The translations under genes and the position numbers were made by a program. From positions 26,015 through 90,014 of IMG/VR virus record IMGVR_UViG_3300001525_000522: a stretch of 64,000 nucleotides of DNA, one strand, 5' to 3'. Numbering within the stretch: position 1 is the stretch's first letter; each line of letters opens with the position of its first letter. The DNA is from a virus (taxonomy: Duplodnaviria; Caudoviricetes). This document shows positions 39,568 through 49,711 of this stretch, piece by piece. The notes under the pieces are model-generated. The model saw only the letters and a list, made by a program, of their open reading frames with translations, had not been told where the DNA came from and ran no database searches.

Positions 39568-40356
39568 GTGAGATTTTTAGTAGGAGATGAAGTTTCAGAA
39601 TTTAAAAGTTTCTTCACACAACCTTATGATGCAGTTGAAGATGAGGTGGCTACAGCTAAAATTTCACCTTCTGGGTTAGATTGTCCTGTGGCAGTTTGGT
39701 ATAAATTAAACAAAACTCCTATGTTACCAGATATTAGGAGTTTTGAAGATGATGGATATGCTTCAGCTGGTTCAGCAAGGCATAAAATAATCCAAGAATT
39801 TATATCAAATAATCCTAATATAGAATGGGTAGATATAAAAGATTATGTAGAGCAACATAATTTACCGTTCAAGGTAGAATATGAGGTAGGCCTAGAAGAC
39901 CTTGCTAAAAAATATAATTTAACCTGCGATCAAGTATGTGAATTGACTGGTAGCAAGGAAAGACTTCTGAAACATACTAACAATCTTTTAAATTTTAAAC
40001 TAGACGGCTTAATTAAATTTAGAGGTGAATATTACATCTTAGAAATAAAGACTGCCAGTACTGCAAAATGTGCAAAAGCTCCATTAGATGCTCATCAACT
40101 ACAAGGCAAAACATATTCATCATTGCTGAAGATAAATAAAATAATTTGGATTTATGAGAGTCGAGAAACTTTTAAGCATACTATAGTTTTTCAGGAATAT
40201 TCTGAAGAAGACCATACTTATATAAGAAATTATTTAAATAAAATAGTTTTAGCAAAAACTCCGACAGAGCTTGATAGGTCTAAGAATTGCAAATATTGCA
40301 GGTATAGAAACACCTGTGAAAAAGATTTTAAGGAGGAGCCTAATGAATTGTTCTGA
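39568..40356 (+). CDS. Cas4-like PD-(D/E)xK exonuclease
   Basis: ISPSGLDC...GSARH...LDG...EIKT...CKYCRYRNTC. Confidence 0.85.
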   Translation: MRFLVGDEVSEFKSFFTQPYDAVEDEVATAKISPSGLDCPVAVWYKLNKTPMLPDIRSFEDDGYASAGSARHKIIQEFISNNPNIEWVDIKDYVEQHNLPFKVEYEVGLEDLAKKYNLTCDQVCELTGSKERLLKHTNNLLNFKLDGLIKFRGEYYILEIKTASTAKCAKAPLDAHQLQGKTYSSLLKINKIIWIYESRETFKHTIVFQEYSEEDHTYIRNYLNKIVLAKTPTELDRSKNCKYCRYRNTCEKDFKEEPNELF

Positions 40357-40792
40357 TAAATGGCATATAAGATACATGAGAATTGCCAATGAGGTGGCTA
40401 CCTGGTCTACTTGCCTTTCTAGAAAAGTAGGCTGTGTAATTACTAAAAGTAACAGAATAGTAGCCACTGGTTATAATGGAGCACCTTCAGGCGTAGCATC
40501 TTGTGCAGAAAGAGGAGTGTGCCTAAGAAAATCTTCTCCATCTGGAACAAATTTAGAAACTTGTTTAGCAACTCATGCAGAGCAAAATGCTTTAGCACAG
40601 GCTGCTAGAATGGGAATATCGGTAGAAGGTGGAAATGCTTATGTTACTACAAAACCTTGTACAACTTGCACAAAACTTTTTATAAATTCTGGAATAAAAA
40701 GAGTTTTTTATCTAGAGGATTATGATAATCCATTATCAGATGAATTAGCTAAAGAAGCAGGACTTCTGTTAATTAAATTGGAGAATATTTAA
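40343..40792 (+). CDS. dCMP deaminase
   Basis: STCLSRKVG, TGYNG, HAEQNA, PCTTC; ATG 40343 preferred because of the AGGAGG RBS. Confidence 0.9.
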   Translation: MNCSDKWHIRYMRIANEVATWSTCLSRKVGCVITKSNRIVATGYNGAPSGVASCAERGVCLRKSSPSGTNLETCLATHAEQNALAQAARMGISVEGGNAYVTTKPCTTCTKLFINSGIKRVFYLEDYDNPLSDELAKEAGLLLIKLENI

Positions 40793-41247
40793 TGCCTGCA
40801 AATAGAGGGGTGGAGTTTCAAAATATCTTTAGAGGCTTATGTGAGGATTTAGATATTGATTGCATAAGACTATATGATACTTTACAAGGGTATTCTCATG
40901 TAGATAATCCATGTGATTTTATAATTTCTAAGGATAAAAATTCTCCAATGCTTTTAATTGAATGTAAGAGCACTCATTCTAAGAATTTTAGTTTATCATT
41001 TAGACAATTTGAAAAACTTTCAGAATTAAGAAAGTGTTACAGCTATATAATTATATGGTTTATAACAGAAAAACAACTTTGGGCTTTACCGTTACATTCA
41101 ATACAAGATATGATTAAGGCTGGAAAAAAATCATTTAGTCCATACAAAATTGCTCATCCAGATATTTTTCAAATTCCAGCAATATTTGCTAGGATAAAAC
41201 CAAAATCTGCAGAAATATTATCGTTATGGGATAACTTAAGGAGATAA
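40792..41247 (+). CDS. recU: Holliday junction resolvase RecU-like
   Basis: NRGVEFQ...CDF...IECKST. Confidence 0.75.
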   Translation: MPANRGVEFQNIFRGLCEDLDIDCIRLYDTLQGYSHVDNPCDFIISKDKNSPMLLIECKSTHSKNFSLSFRQFEKLSELRKCYSYIIIWFITEKQLWALPLHSIQDMIKAGKKSFSPYKIAHPDIFQIPAIFARIKPKSAEILSLWDNLRR

Positions 41248-41256
41248 AAAAAAATT

Positions 41257-41748
41257 ATGAAAAATAATAAAAAGAAAAATAAATCTAATGTTAAGGCTAA
41301 GCCGCATGCTTTCTTAGATTCAAGGAATTCTTCATTTAAGTTGAATGTTTATTTAGATACTAATCATAAGGATGGCCCAGATTGGTCAATTTCAGTAGGA
41401 GAACTTAAGGAGGCTAAAAGAAGAGTTGTCCAGTGTGTACAAGGAAATCAAGACATCGAGTATGTTGTTGAGAAAGATAATGCATACTTTTTGAATCCAG
41501 CAATGTCTAAGAAGCTTTTGGTAGGTAAGGCATATTACTTTATGTTTAGAGAAAAAGCTAAAGAAAATGGCCAAATTGTACGTGAAGCATATACTTTTTC
41601 AGATGTACCATCAGAATTTATGACATTAGGAAATATTCTGTATAAAATATTTAGAAAAGAATTTAAGTTAGACTTAGAAAAATTTATTAAGGAGAATCCT
41701 GAAAAAGTAAAAGAGTTTCTAAGTTTTGAGGAAGATGAGGTTGTTTAG
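41257..41748 (+). CDS. Hypothetical protein
   Basis: AGGAG RBS; 163 aa. Confidence 0.7.
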   Translation: MKNNKKKNKSNVKAKPHAFLDSRNSSFKLNVYLDTNHKDGPDWSISVGELKEAKRRVVQCVQGNQDIEYVVEKDNAYFLNPAMSKKLLVGKAYYFMFREKAKENGQIVREAYTFSDVPSEFMTLGNILYKIFRKEFKLDLEKFIKENPEKVKEFLSFEEDEVV

Positions 41749-41823
41749 GAAAATCAGATTTACGGTAATTGGTTAAATTTAAAAAAAAATAAAGTTTAGA
41801 ATATTACAATAAAATTATTTGTG

Positions 41824-41853
41824 AGAGCTATGCATAATAGGCATAGCTCTTTC
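41824..41853 (+). terminator. Terminator-like hairpin
   Basis: AGAGCTATGC-N7-GCATAGCTCT-TTC. Confidence 0.65.
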
Positions 41854-41886
41854 TGTATAATTTAATATAGGAGTCAAAAAAAAAAT

Positions 41887-43761
41887 ATGACAATATCTGA
41901 AATTGTGGAGCAATTAACAAAATGGTCCAATGCATATTATGAGGGCCATCAAGAAGTATCTGATAATGAATATGACGTTTTAGAGGAAGAACTCAAAAGA
42001 TTAGACCCAACAAATAATTATTTCAATAAAAATAGAGAATCTACAGCCTCATTTTATGGGCAAAAGAGACCGCATATTTATAGTTTTATTGGGTCTGTTC
42101 CTAAAATTCATAAAATTACCGAAAGCAAAATAAGAAGTCCTTATACTATATCTGCAAAGATGGATGGGTCATCTATGACAGTTTATTTTAAGGATGGAAA
42201 AGTATTATATGCTCTTACTAGGGCTGATGGATATGAAGGTTTTGATATTACAGATAAATATTATAAAATAGTTGAAAAATATAATATAAATATTCCAGAA
42301 GGTTTTACAGGTGCTATTCGTGGAGAAGTGGTTATGGCTAATAATCACTGGGCTGAATATAAGAAAACTCATCCAGAAGCTGCTATGCAGAGAAATACTG
42401 GAACCGGCATAATAAATAGAAAAGATTGCACAGATGATTTAAAATACCTGGATTATGTGGTATATGAACTTCTGGCAACTAATATAATAGACCAGGATCT
42501 TTTATTTAATAATCAATATAACGAGTTAGATGCCTTAAAAGCATTAAATATTGGATATCCTATAGCACTATACGTGGTTGTGAGAAATGGCTTATATTCA
42601 GATAATAGCTTAAAAAATTTGAGAGACAATTGGTTGAAAGAATGGCCGTTAGATGGCATAGTATTCAATCAATTTACCGGTTATGAAAGAAATGGAGAAA
42701 TATATACTCCAGTTTCTAAAAAAGAAGCATATAAATTTGAGGCAGAATCTAAAGAAACTACTGTAATTGGAGTTGAGTGGACTTTACAAAAATCAGGCAG
42801 ATTGATTCCAGTAGTAATAATGAATCCTATTGAATTATCTGGAGCCTTGGTAAGACGTGCAACAGCTAATAATGCTACAAATGTTTTGGAACAAGGCTTG
42901 GATGTGGGCGCAGTAATAGAGGTTTGCCGTGCAAATGAAGTTATTCCATATATAAATAAAACTATCAGCCCAGCAGAAGTAAGACTTCCTGATGAATGTC
43001 CGTCTTGTGGAAAGAAATTGGTACATGAAGGAGTACATCTAGTTTGTACGAATCCAGATTGTCCTGAAGTGAATAGATTAAAAGTATTGAATTTCTTAAG
43101 AGTCTGTGGAGAAGACATCAAAGGTGTTGGAGATTCTATATATTCCATAATAGCTAAAAAATCTATAGAAGAAACTTTAGATTTTCTTAGAACTGAGGAT
43201 TTTAGAAAATTTACAGAAAATCAAAGAAAATTAATTTCTATAATAAAAAATAACATTTTTAATAAGATGACTTATGAGAAGATGCTGGCTTCTCTTTCAA
43301 TAGATAACTTAGGTGATAAAGGTATCAGGAAATTGATGAAGGATCCTGAATGGGTGAAATCATATTTCAATGGAGAGCTCAAGCCATTTCCTAAAGGTAT
43401 AGGTCAAGTCTTACAAGTTGATTTGATGTCACAGAACAGCATAAATTCTGCAATAAAACTGTATAATATATTACAATTTAGGCTTATAGAAATACATGAA
43501 TCTGTAAAAGAAGAGATACCTGATGAGATTGAAGGAGCGAGATACTATTGTGTCACAGGTTCATTAGATGGGTTTACCAGAGGACAGTTTGAGGCCTTGT
43601 GTAAATCTAAGAAATGGTTCTTATCAACCATAAAGAAAGCTTATTGCTTAGTGACAAATGATGCTTCTTCTGGTTCAGCTAAAAATATAGAAGCTAAGAG
43701 ACTTGGCAAGTTAGTATTATCACAAAAAGAATTTATGGATAAATTTATATTAGGAGAATAA
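41887..43761 (+). CDS. ligA: NAD-dependent DNA ligase
   Basis: YYEG...SDNEYD, KMDG adenylation motif, RGE, DGIV, CPSC..C..P.C zinc finger, BRCT (VTGSL). Confidence 0.93.
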   Translation: MTISEIVEQLTKWSNAYYEGHQEVSDNEYDVLEEELKRLDPTNNYFNKNRESTASFYGQKRPHIYSFIGSVPKIHKITESKIRSPYTISAKMDGSSMTVYFKDGKVLYALTRADGYEGFDITDKYYKIVEKYNINIPEGFTGAIRGEVVMANNHWAEYKKTHPEAAMQRNTGTGIINRKDCTDDLKYLDYVVYELLATNIIDQDLLFNNQYNELDALKALNIGYPIALYVVVRNGLYSDNSLKNLRDNWLKEWPLDGIVFNQFTGYERNGEIYTPVSKKEAYKFEAESKETTVIGVEWTLQKSGRLIPVVIMNPIELSGALVRRATANNATNVLEQGLDVGAVIEVCRANEVIPYINKTISPAEVRLPDECPSCGKKLVHEGVHLVCTNPDCPEVNRLKVLNFLRVCGEDIKGVGDSIYSIIAKKSIEETLDFLRTEDFRKFTENQRKLISIIKNNIFNKMTYEKMLASLSIDNLGDKGIRKLMKDPEWVKSYFNGELKPFPKGIGQVLQVDLMSQNSINSAIKLYNILQFRLIEIHESVKEEIPDEIEGARYYCVTGSLDGFTRGQFEALCKSKKWFLSTIKKAYCLVTNDASSGSAKNIEAKRLGKLVLSQKEFMDKFILGE

Positions 43762-43762
43762 G

Positions 43763-44473
43763 ATGCCTGACGTTATTTATGATAGAAAATCTTTCATGGA
43801 AAATAATAAAAGCAAGTATGAGAAGTTGTTTAATCTGTATGTAGCAGATGCCAATGTAAAGCCTTTATTGGCAATGTTGGACAGGACAGATTTTTATTCA
43901 GCACCTGCTTCTGTAAAATATCATTGTCATGAGGATGGAGGATTATGTGAACATTCATTGAATGTGTATGATAGTTTTATAAGATTACTCCAGATGCAGG
44001 ATATAGTACAGGAAACTGAATCATGGCAATTATTAGAAAAAGCTAGATTGGTTAAAGAACTTACACAAAATGAGAGAACTGATTTAGATAAACTGATTCA
44101 AAAACTTTTAAATTCAAATAAAGTATCATTTGCCTCGGTAGTAAGAGTGACATTAGGGCATGACTACCATAAAATAAATTTTTATGAAAAATATATTAAA
44201 AATGTTAAAGATGCCAATGGCAGATGGAGTCAACAGGAGGCCTGGGGTTATAGAGATGATCCATTTGTATTGGGAGAAGATGGAACAAATTCTTGGTATA
44301 TAATGAATTCTGTAATGCCGTTAAATTTCGAAGAGATTATGGCAATAGAGAATCATATGGGTTCTGGAAAATCTGGACAATGGCTTCCTGGGTCTTCAGG
44401 TTGCTGGAAAAAATCCAGATTGGCAATGTTTCTTCATTTGGCTGATATGTATTCTACCTTTATCGTGGAATAA
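43763..44473 (+). CDS. HD-domain phosphohydrolase
   Basis: APAS..YH...GGLCEHSLNV...GHDYHK...HM...LHLAD. Confidence 0.85.
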   Translation: MPDVIYDRKSFMENNKSKYEKLFNLYVADANVKPLLAMLDRTDFYSAPASVKYHCHEDGGLCEHSLNVYDSFIRLLQMQDIVQETESWQLLEKARLVKELTQNERTDLDKLIQKLLNSNKVSFASVVRVTLGHDYHKINFYEKYIKNVKDANGRWSQQEAWGYRDDPFVLGEDGTNSWYIMNSVMPLNFEEIMAIENHMGSGKSGQWLPGSSGCWKKSRLAMFLHLADMYSTFIVE

Positions 44474-44484
44474 TATTAATATTT

Positions 44485-44513
44485 AAGGCTTATTATTATA
44501 TAATAAGCCTTTT
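44485..44513 (+). terminator. Terminator hairpin
   Basis: AAGGCTTATTAT-TAT-ATAATAAGCCTTTT. Confidence 0.75.
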
Positions 44514-44550
44514 ATAGGGTAAAAATCTGTATAATATATTAGGAGGATTT

Positions 44551-44730
44551 ATGAATATAATCGTAGCATCATATGCATTAACAGATGTTTTAAAAGCTCT
44601 TTATTTATCAAATATCACAAATTTAGTCATAACCAAGGAAGATGGCAACTTAGTTATAATGATTTCAGAAAAAGAATTATTTAGTTATAACGTATGTAAA
44701 TGTGACTGTGAGGAATCTGTTCATGGGTAA
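44551..44730 (+). CDS. Small hypothetical protein (59 aa, not in the ORF track)
   Basis: AGGAGG RBS; MNIIVASYAL...CKCDCEESVHG; overlaps the next start. Confidence 0.65.
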   Translation: MNIIVASYALTDVLKALYLSNITNLVITKEDGNLVIMISEKELFSYNVCKCDCEESVHG

Positions 44731-45685
44731 ATACTTAATAGCAGCAGATAATCATTTCTGTACAACTTCATCTGTTATTACAAAGAGAGGTGGAAAATAC
44801 TCAACCAGGCTGGAGAATCAGATAAAATCTTTGGAATGGGTTAATAGCTTTGGCTTACCGGTTATCCATCTTGGAGATTTTTTTGATAAAGAAGTTTTAA
44901 CTGCAGAAGAAATCTCTTGTTTGAAGGAGGTGAAGCAGAGGGTAGATTTCTCTAATTGGATTTTTCTTCAAGGAAATCATGGGTATTCAGGAGGTTTTGA
45001 TGTTTTAGATGTTTTTGATAATCAAATAATATCTGAACCTACAGAAGTTCCATTAGATGCTAGTCATAAATGTTTATTTTTACCATTTAAATCTAAACAA
45101 GAAGATATAAAGGAAGATTATGATATAATTTTTAGCCATATAGGCATAGAAGGAATTCCATTTGGTGCTAAAGGCTTTGACTTTGAATTTATTAAGAGCC
45201 GTTGTAAGATGTTTTTAAATGGTCATTTACATAATAAAACACCTTTAGACCGTGATAAAAAGCATAATTATTGGAATGTAGGAAGTTTGACAGCTCAAAA
45301 TTTTTCAGATGAATGCCAATATGCTGAGAAAGGTGCTTGGATCCTTGATATGTCAGATTTATCTCTTGAGTTTATAGAAAATCCATATGCATTTAACTTT
45401 TATAAAATGAATGCAACTGATGCTAGGATTTATGAAATAAACCCAAAACTTTTGCCAAATGCATGCATTTCTGTAACATGCGAAGAAAAAGATGAGGCTG
45501 AATTCAGAGAAAAATTTAAAGAAGCATATTATCTTAGAATGAATGTTCAAAGAAGTAGAGAAATTTCCAAGGCTGAAGAGTTCAGACCTACTGTAGATTA
45601 TTTAAAAAGATTTAAAGAAAGCTATATTAAGAAAAATGGAGAAAGCAGTATAATTTTAGATGAGCTAGCAGAGGTAATGAGATGA
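44723..45685 (+). CDS. sbcD: SbcD/Mre11-like nuclease (T4 gp47-like)
   Basis: AADNH, HLGDFFD, GNH, SH, NGHLH metallophosphoesterase motifs; ATG 44723 after GAGG. Confidence 0.88.
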   Translation: MGKYLIAADNHFCTTSSVITKRGGKYSTRLENQIKSLEWVNSFGLPVIHLGDFFDKEVLTAEEISCLKEVKQRVDFSNWIFLQGNHGYSGGFDVLDVFDNQIISEPTEVPLDASHKCLFLPFKSKQEDIKEDYDIIFSHIGIEGIPFGAKGFDFEFIKSRCKMFLNGHLHNKTPLDRDKKHNYWNVGSLTAQNFSDECQYAEKGAWILDMSDLSLEFIENPYAFNFYKMNATDARIYEINPKLLPNACISVTCEEKDEAEFREKFKEAYYLRMNVQRSREISKAEEFRPTVDYLKRFKESYIKKNGESSIILDELAEVMR

Positions 45686-47667
45686 TTAATTTTAAGAAGG
45701 TTGAAATAGAAAATTTTGGTTCATTAGGAAAGGCAGACTTGAATTTAAATGAATCTGAAAATTTTATACTTATAGATGGTGACAATCAAAGACTTGAGGA
45801 TGGTGCTAAAAGTAATGGTTCAGGTAAAAGTTGGTTATTTGAATCTATTATATGGGCTTTAACAGGTGAGACTGTTAGAGGTTATAAAGATGTTGTAAAT
45901 CGTTATCAAGATGAGGATTGCAAGGTAAAGCTTTCCTTTAATTTTAAAGATTCTGATTGGGAGATTGAGAGGGCTAGAAGTAAAAAAGGTAGTCAAGGAC
46001 TTAGAATTTGGAAAGATACTAAAGAGCTTGAATATAAAGGTCTTAGAGATGCAGAAGGAGTTCTGCAGAAATATTTACCTGAATTAACCCTTAATTTTTT
46101 AGGTTCTACTATTATATTAGGCCAAGGTTTGCCTCAGAGATTTACGAATAATTCTCCTGCAGGAAGAAAAGCAATTCTTGAGGAATTATCAAATGCGGAT
46201 TTTATGATTTCTCATATAAAAGAAAACATAAAAAATCGTCAAGATATCTTGGCCAGTAATCTTCGTGGAGTAGAGGACGAGATGCTAGTATATTCTACTA
46301 AATTAGGTGTAGCTAAGAAAACTAAAGAAACCGCTGAATCTGATTTAGAACTTTTGAGACAGATTGATATTTCTGAGAAGAAGGTTGAATTAGAAAAATT
46401 GGTAGAGGATGGAAAAAAGGCTAAATCTGATTATGAGAATGCTCTAGAAAAGGTATCTAAGTCAGAAGAAAATTATATTGGATTATCTCAGGCACTGAGT
46501 AAAGCAGAGGCAACTTTTTCTGAAGATAAATCTAAGGTAGACAAAGAACGATTTGAAAAACTTACAACTATTCAAAAGGAATATTCTGCTAAATTTTTAA
46601 AAGAGACTGAGAGTTTAGGGCCTCAGATTGAGGCTAAGAAAAATGAGTTATCTGATATAAAAGAACAATTAGCACATAGAAAAGCCATAATTTCTGGAGG
46701 ATTCTGTAAACTCTGTGGACAAAAGCTTAAATCTACATCAGAAGAAGAGCTTAATAATGCAAAAGAGTTTATTGCTGCAAATGAGAATAAACCTGCTGAT
46801 TTGATTACTGAAATTGAGACTCTCCAAAAGAAAAAGTTAATGATTGGTGAAGATTTTAAGCAGGCCGAGCATGCTGAAAGCATGTGTGTCGATAAAGCAA
46901 TGGATGATAAGTTGGGTCTATTAACAAAGGATTTTAATGAGAGGACTCTTCAACTTCATGAGCAGGTTGAGTCTGCTCGGCAAACTTTGAGAGAAGCTAA
47001 GCAACAAGTTGATTTGGCAAATAGTTATCTTTTAAGTCTTCGATCTGACTATCAAGCTAAAAAAGCTGGAATTGATTCATATGAACAGAAGATTTTAGGC
47101 CAAGAGAGCCTTATAAAGAAAGCTTCTCAAGAAATTGAGGATTATGAGAAAGCTTTGGATTCATGCCAAAATAAAAAGGCAGACTTTGAAAATAGATTAA
47201 AAGTTGTCAAATCATTCGATACCTTCGCTTCTAGAGATTTTAGAGGAATTCTCTTAGAAGATATAGTAAATCAATTAGATTATAATCTTCATAAATATGC
47301 AGAAAAGGCTTATGGTCAGTCTTTGACGAGATTTTATCAGGAAGGCAATACTATAGGAATACAATTTGATGGTAAAGAATATGAAGGTTTATCCGGCGGA
47401 GAAAAGCAAAAACTAGACGTTCTCATCCAGCTTTCTTTGAGAGATTTAATTATCCAAACCAGTGGAGTGGAAGCCAATTTAGTAGTATTTGATGAAATAT
47501 TTGATATGTTAGATATTACAGGCTGTGAAGCATTACTAAAAGTTATCTCTGATTTAGGGTTGACTGTTTATTCTATAACACATCACCAGGAATTAAATAT
47601 CCCATATGATAAAAGATATGTGGTGGTTAAAGAAAGTAATGGAATAGCCCATTTGGAAGTTGGTTAA
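45682..47667 (+). CDS. sbcC: SbcC/Rad50-like ATPase (T4 gp46-like)
   Basis: NGSGKS Walker A, coiled coil with CKLC zinc hook, LSGGEKQ signature, FDE Walker B. Confidence 0.92.
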   Translation: MINFKKVEIENFGSLGKADLNLNESENFILIDGDNQRLEDGAKSNGSGKSWLFESIIWALTGETVRGYKDVVNRYQDEDCKVKLSFNFKDSDWEIERARSKKGSQGLRIWKDTKELEYKGLRDAEGVLQKYLPELTLNFLGSTIILGQGLPQRFTNNSPAGRKAILEELSNADFMISHIKENIKNRQDILASNLRGVEDEMLVYSTKLGVAKKTKETAESDLELLRQIDISEKKVELEKLVEDGKKAKSDYENALEKVSKSEENYIGLSQALSKAEATFSEDKSKVDKERFEKLTTIQKEYSAKFLKETESLGPQIEAKKNELSDIKEQLAHRKAIISGGFCKLCGQKLKSTSEEELNNAKEFIAANENKPADLITEIETLQKKKLMIGEDFKQAEHAESMCVDKAMDDKLGLLTKDFNERTLQLHEQVESARQTLREAKQQVDLANSYLLSLRSDYQAKKAGIDSYEQKILGQESLIKKASQEIEDYEKALDSCQNKKADFENRLKVVKSFDTFASRDFRGILLEDIVNQLDYNLHKYAEKAYGQSLTRFYQEGNTIGIQFDGKEYEGLSGGEKQKLDVLIQLSLRDLIIQTSGVEANLVVFDEIFDMLDITGCEALLKVISDLGLTVYSITHHQELNIPYDKRYVVVKESNGIAHLEVG

Positions 47668-47682
47668 TCTGTATTATATAAT

Positions 47683-48153
47683 ATGATTTATAAAATACAA
47701 AAAATTTCTGAAGAAAATTATGAGCTTCTTTTTCAAGGAAATAAAAAACAAGTTAATTTGAATTTTTTAAAAGTTAAATTAAAACCATACAAATTAACTG
47801 AGTTATTGGAAAATGGAGAAACTTCTGTAAGAGATAATTGGAATATAGAAGAATCCGTAGAACAACCTGTATCTGTTGAGAAAGACCAAAAAGAAGCAAA
47901 AGAAATTCCTAAAAAGTGGGCTTTTGGAGATGGATATGAAGCTATAGTTTCTAAACATGAAAATCTATATGAATTATGGCAATATAAAGTAGATTTAGGT
48001 TGGAGATTTGTATCATATTTATTTCATTTAGAATCAGCAGATATTCTTATAAAAGAAGATAAGAGCTGGCAAAAATATAAGAAAAAATTAAAAAGAAATA
48101 TGGCTGAAGTAGAATTAGGCAGGCCTGAGGAGAATAAAGATGGAATTAGATAA
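47683..48153 (+). CDS. Hypothetical protein
   Basis: 156-aa ORF in operon. Confidence 0.7.
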   Translation: MIYKIQKISEENYELLFQGNKKQVNLNFLKVKLKPYKLTELLENGETSVRDNWNIEESVEQPVSVEKDQKEAKEIPKKWAFGDGYEAIVSKHENLYELWQYKVDLGWRFVSYLFHLESADILIKEDKSWQKYKKKLKRNMAEVELGRPEENKDGIR

Positions 48154-48643
48154 AGCACTTGAAAAAGTAAACATGACCGCAGAACAATTACAGACGATTT
48201 CTAAGAATTTGGCAAGACCATATACTGGAGATTTAGATAATTTGATAGATTCTGTAGGCAATATAAAAGAACTTACAGATTCTCAGATAAAGAATTTAAT
48301 TGTTTTGCTTAGTTTGAAAACTTATAGTTTCTCAGAAGTTGAAGAGTTGGCTAAATTAAAAAGTGAGGCGGCTGAATCTTTGAGGAAAGAGGCTTACACA
48401 AATGCTTTATTGACTGCTGAGGGTACAGCAGGTGTTAAAGATGCTCTGGCAACTTCTGCGAGCTTGAATGAAAAAATGGCAGAACTTATTAGTGAGTGTG
48501 TAGCAAACATATTAAAAAATAAACGAGATGAGGCTCATAGATTATGCGCGGCATTGCAGGCAGTATTATTTGCTAGAACTCAGGAGGCAAAGATTTCTGC
48601 AATGAATACTCAGGAAAAAGCTGCATTTGAAGGAGCATTTTAG
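48140..48643 (+). CDS. Helical protein (UvsY-like recombination mediator, tentative)
   Basis: All-helical composition, size and recombination-gene context. Confidence 0.6.
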   Translation: MELDKALEKVNMTAEQLQTISKNLARPYTGDLDNLIDSVGNIKELTDSQIKNLIVLLSLKTYSFSEVEELAKLKSEAAESLRKEAYTNALLTAEGTAGVKDALATSASLNEKMAELISECVANILKNKRDEAHRLCAALQAVLFARTQEAKISAMNTQEKAAFEGAF

Positions 48644-48703
48644 TAAAAAAATTTAGAAAAGTTATTCCAAATAGTTTACTTTTTGAGAAAAATAGTGTAT
48701 AAT
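48641..48703 (+). promoter_or_regulatory. Conserved sigma70-type promoter repeat, copy 2
   Basis: 59/63 identical to 7929..7991; TTTACT-17bp-TATAAT. Confidence 0.8.
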
Positions 48704-48759
48704 TAAATCAAGATAAACAAACTAAAAAAAAATTCAAATGTTTATCAAAGGAGCAAATT

Positions 48760-49449
48760 ATGTTAGAACCTATTTTTAATGCACAACCCTTAATTAAGGA
48801 AAAGATCGATTACTACAAAGACCAATCTGCAAAAGCAGAAGATATTGCCACCGAGCATCATCTCTCAAAAAGTGCAATATGGAAATATAAAGACTATACT
48901 TATTATAAAGGTATGGGATGGACTGAAACGTCTGTATCTAAACCTGACCCAGATGAAAAGTTTAAAGATAGAGTTTCTCCTACTTTCAGAAAACTTTTGG
49001 ATATAGTAAATACCTGTAAAGCTTGCGGAGATTTAGATATTCTTAAAGAATATTTGACTGATATGGAAGCTGCTGGAGTAAAAATCATTATAGATGATTC
49101 TAATGTAAATAATATAGACCAGGAATCATTCCAAAAAGGTATAAAAGTTATGTGTGATATTCAACATGACATTTGTGAAACAGCCGATGTTATTGCTGAT
49201 ATTGGTCCTCAAGCAGAAAAAACTGGGTTATGTAAAGCTAACAGATTCAAAGGATTGGCAGAGGATTATTATAAACTCAATTCTCCTCGTTCAGAAGAGA
49301 AAAAGATACGTATAACTGAGAGACTCCATTCAGAAGTAGCACGTAATCTTCTTAATAATAGAGGAATAGACATAGTAACAGGTGAAAAATCTGCTGAAGC
49401 CTTTGGAATAGATACTGAGACAGGAGAAGTATTTAGACGTGGAAATTAA
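48760..49449 (+). CDS. Hypothetical protein, possibly tandem DsbA/GapR-like DNA-binding domains
   Basis: AGGAG RBS; segment IADIGPQAEKTGLCKANRFKGLAEDYYK resembles T4 DsbA. Confidence 0.6.
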   Translation: MLEPIFNAQPLIKEKIDYYKDQSAKAEDIATEHHLSKSAIWKYKDYTYYKGMGWTETSVSKPDPDEKFKDRVSPTFRKLLDIVNTCKACGDLDILKEYLTDMEAAGVKIIIDDSNVNNIDQESFQKGIKVMCDIQHDICETADVIADIGPQAEKTGLCKANRFKGLAEDYYKLNSPRSEEKKIRITERLHSEVARNLLNNRGIDIVTGEKSAEAFGIDTETGEVFRRGN

Positions 49450-49711
49450 TCAAAAAGTTTTAGGAGAGCTTGCCTTAAAGCAAGGCAAGCTCTCTTTATC
49501 TATCGATGAAGTAAATTTATTAGATATTATACAAGAAACCTGCATAAATGAAGCAAAGAAAGGAAAATGGTCTTGTAAGGTAAAATGTCCTGAAAAAACT
49601 GTAGAATTCTTTAAAATGTATTTTAAATCCATAGGATTAGAGGTAATATCTTATGGGTCATTTTTAGACGATGCTGGCGAATGCTGGTTAGAACTTTCAT
49701 GGAGGTATTAG
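49439..49711 (+). CDS. Hypothetical protein
   Basis: Overlapping ORF in operon. Confidence 0.7.
   Translation: MEINQKVLGELALKQGKLSLSIDEVNLLDIIQETCINEAKKGKWSCKVKCPEKTVEFFKMYFKSIGLEVISYGSFLDDAGECWLELSWRY

Noticed and set aside
39568-40356. CRISPR-Cas locus
   Set aside because: The Cas4-like gene is solitary; no repeat-spacer array or other cas genes were seen
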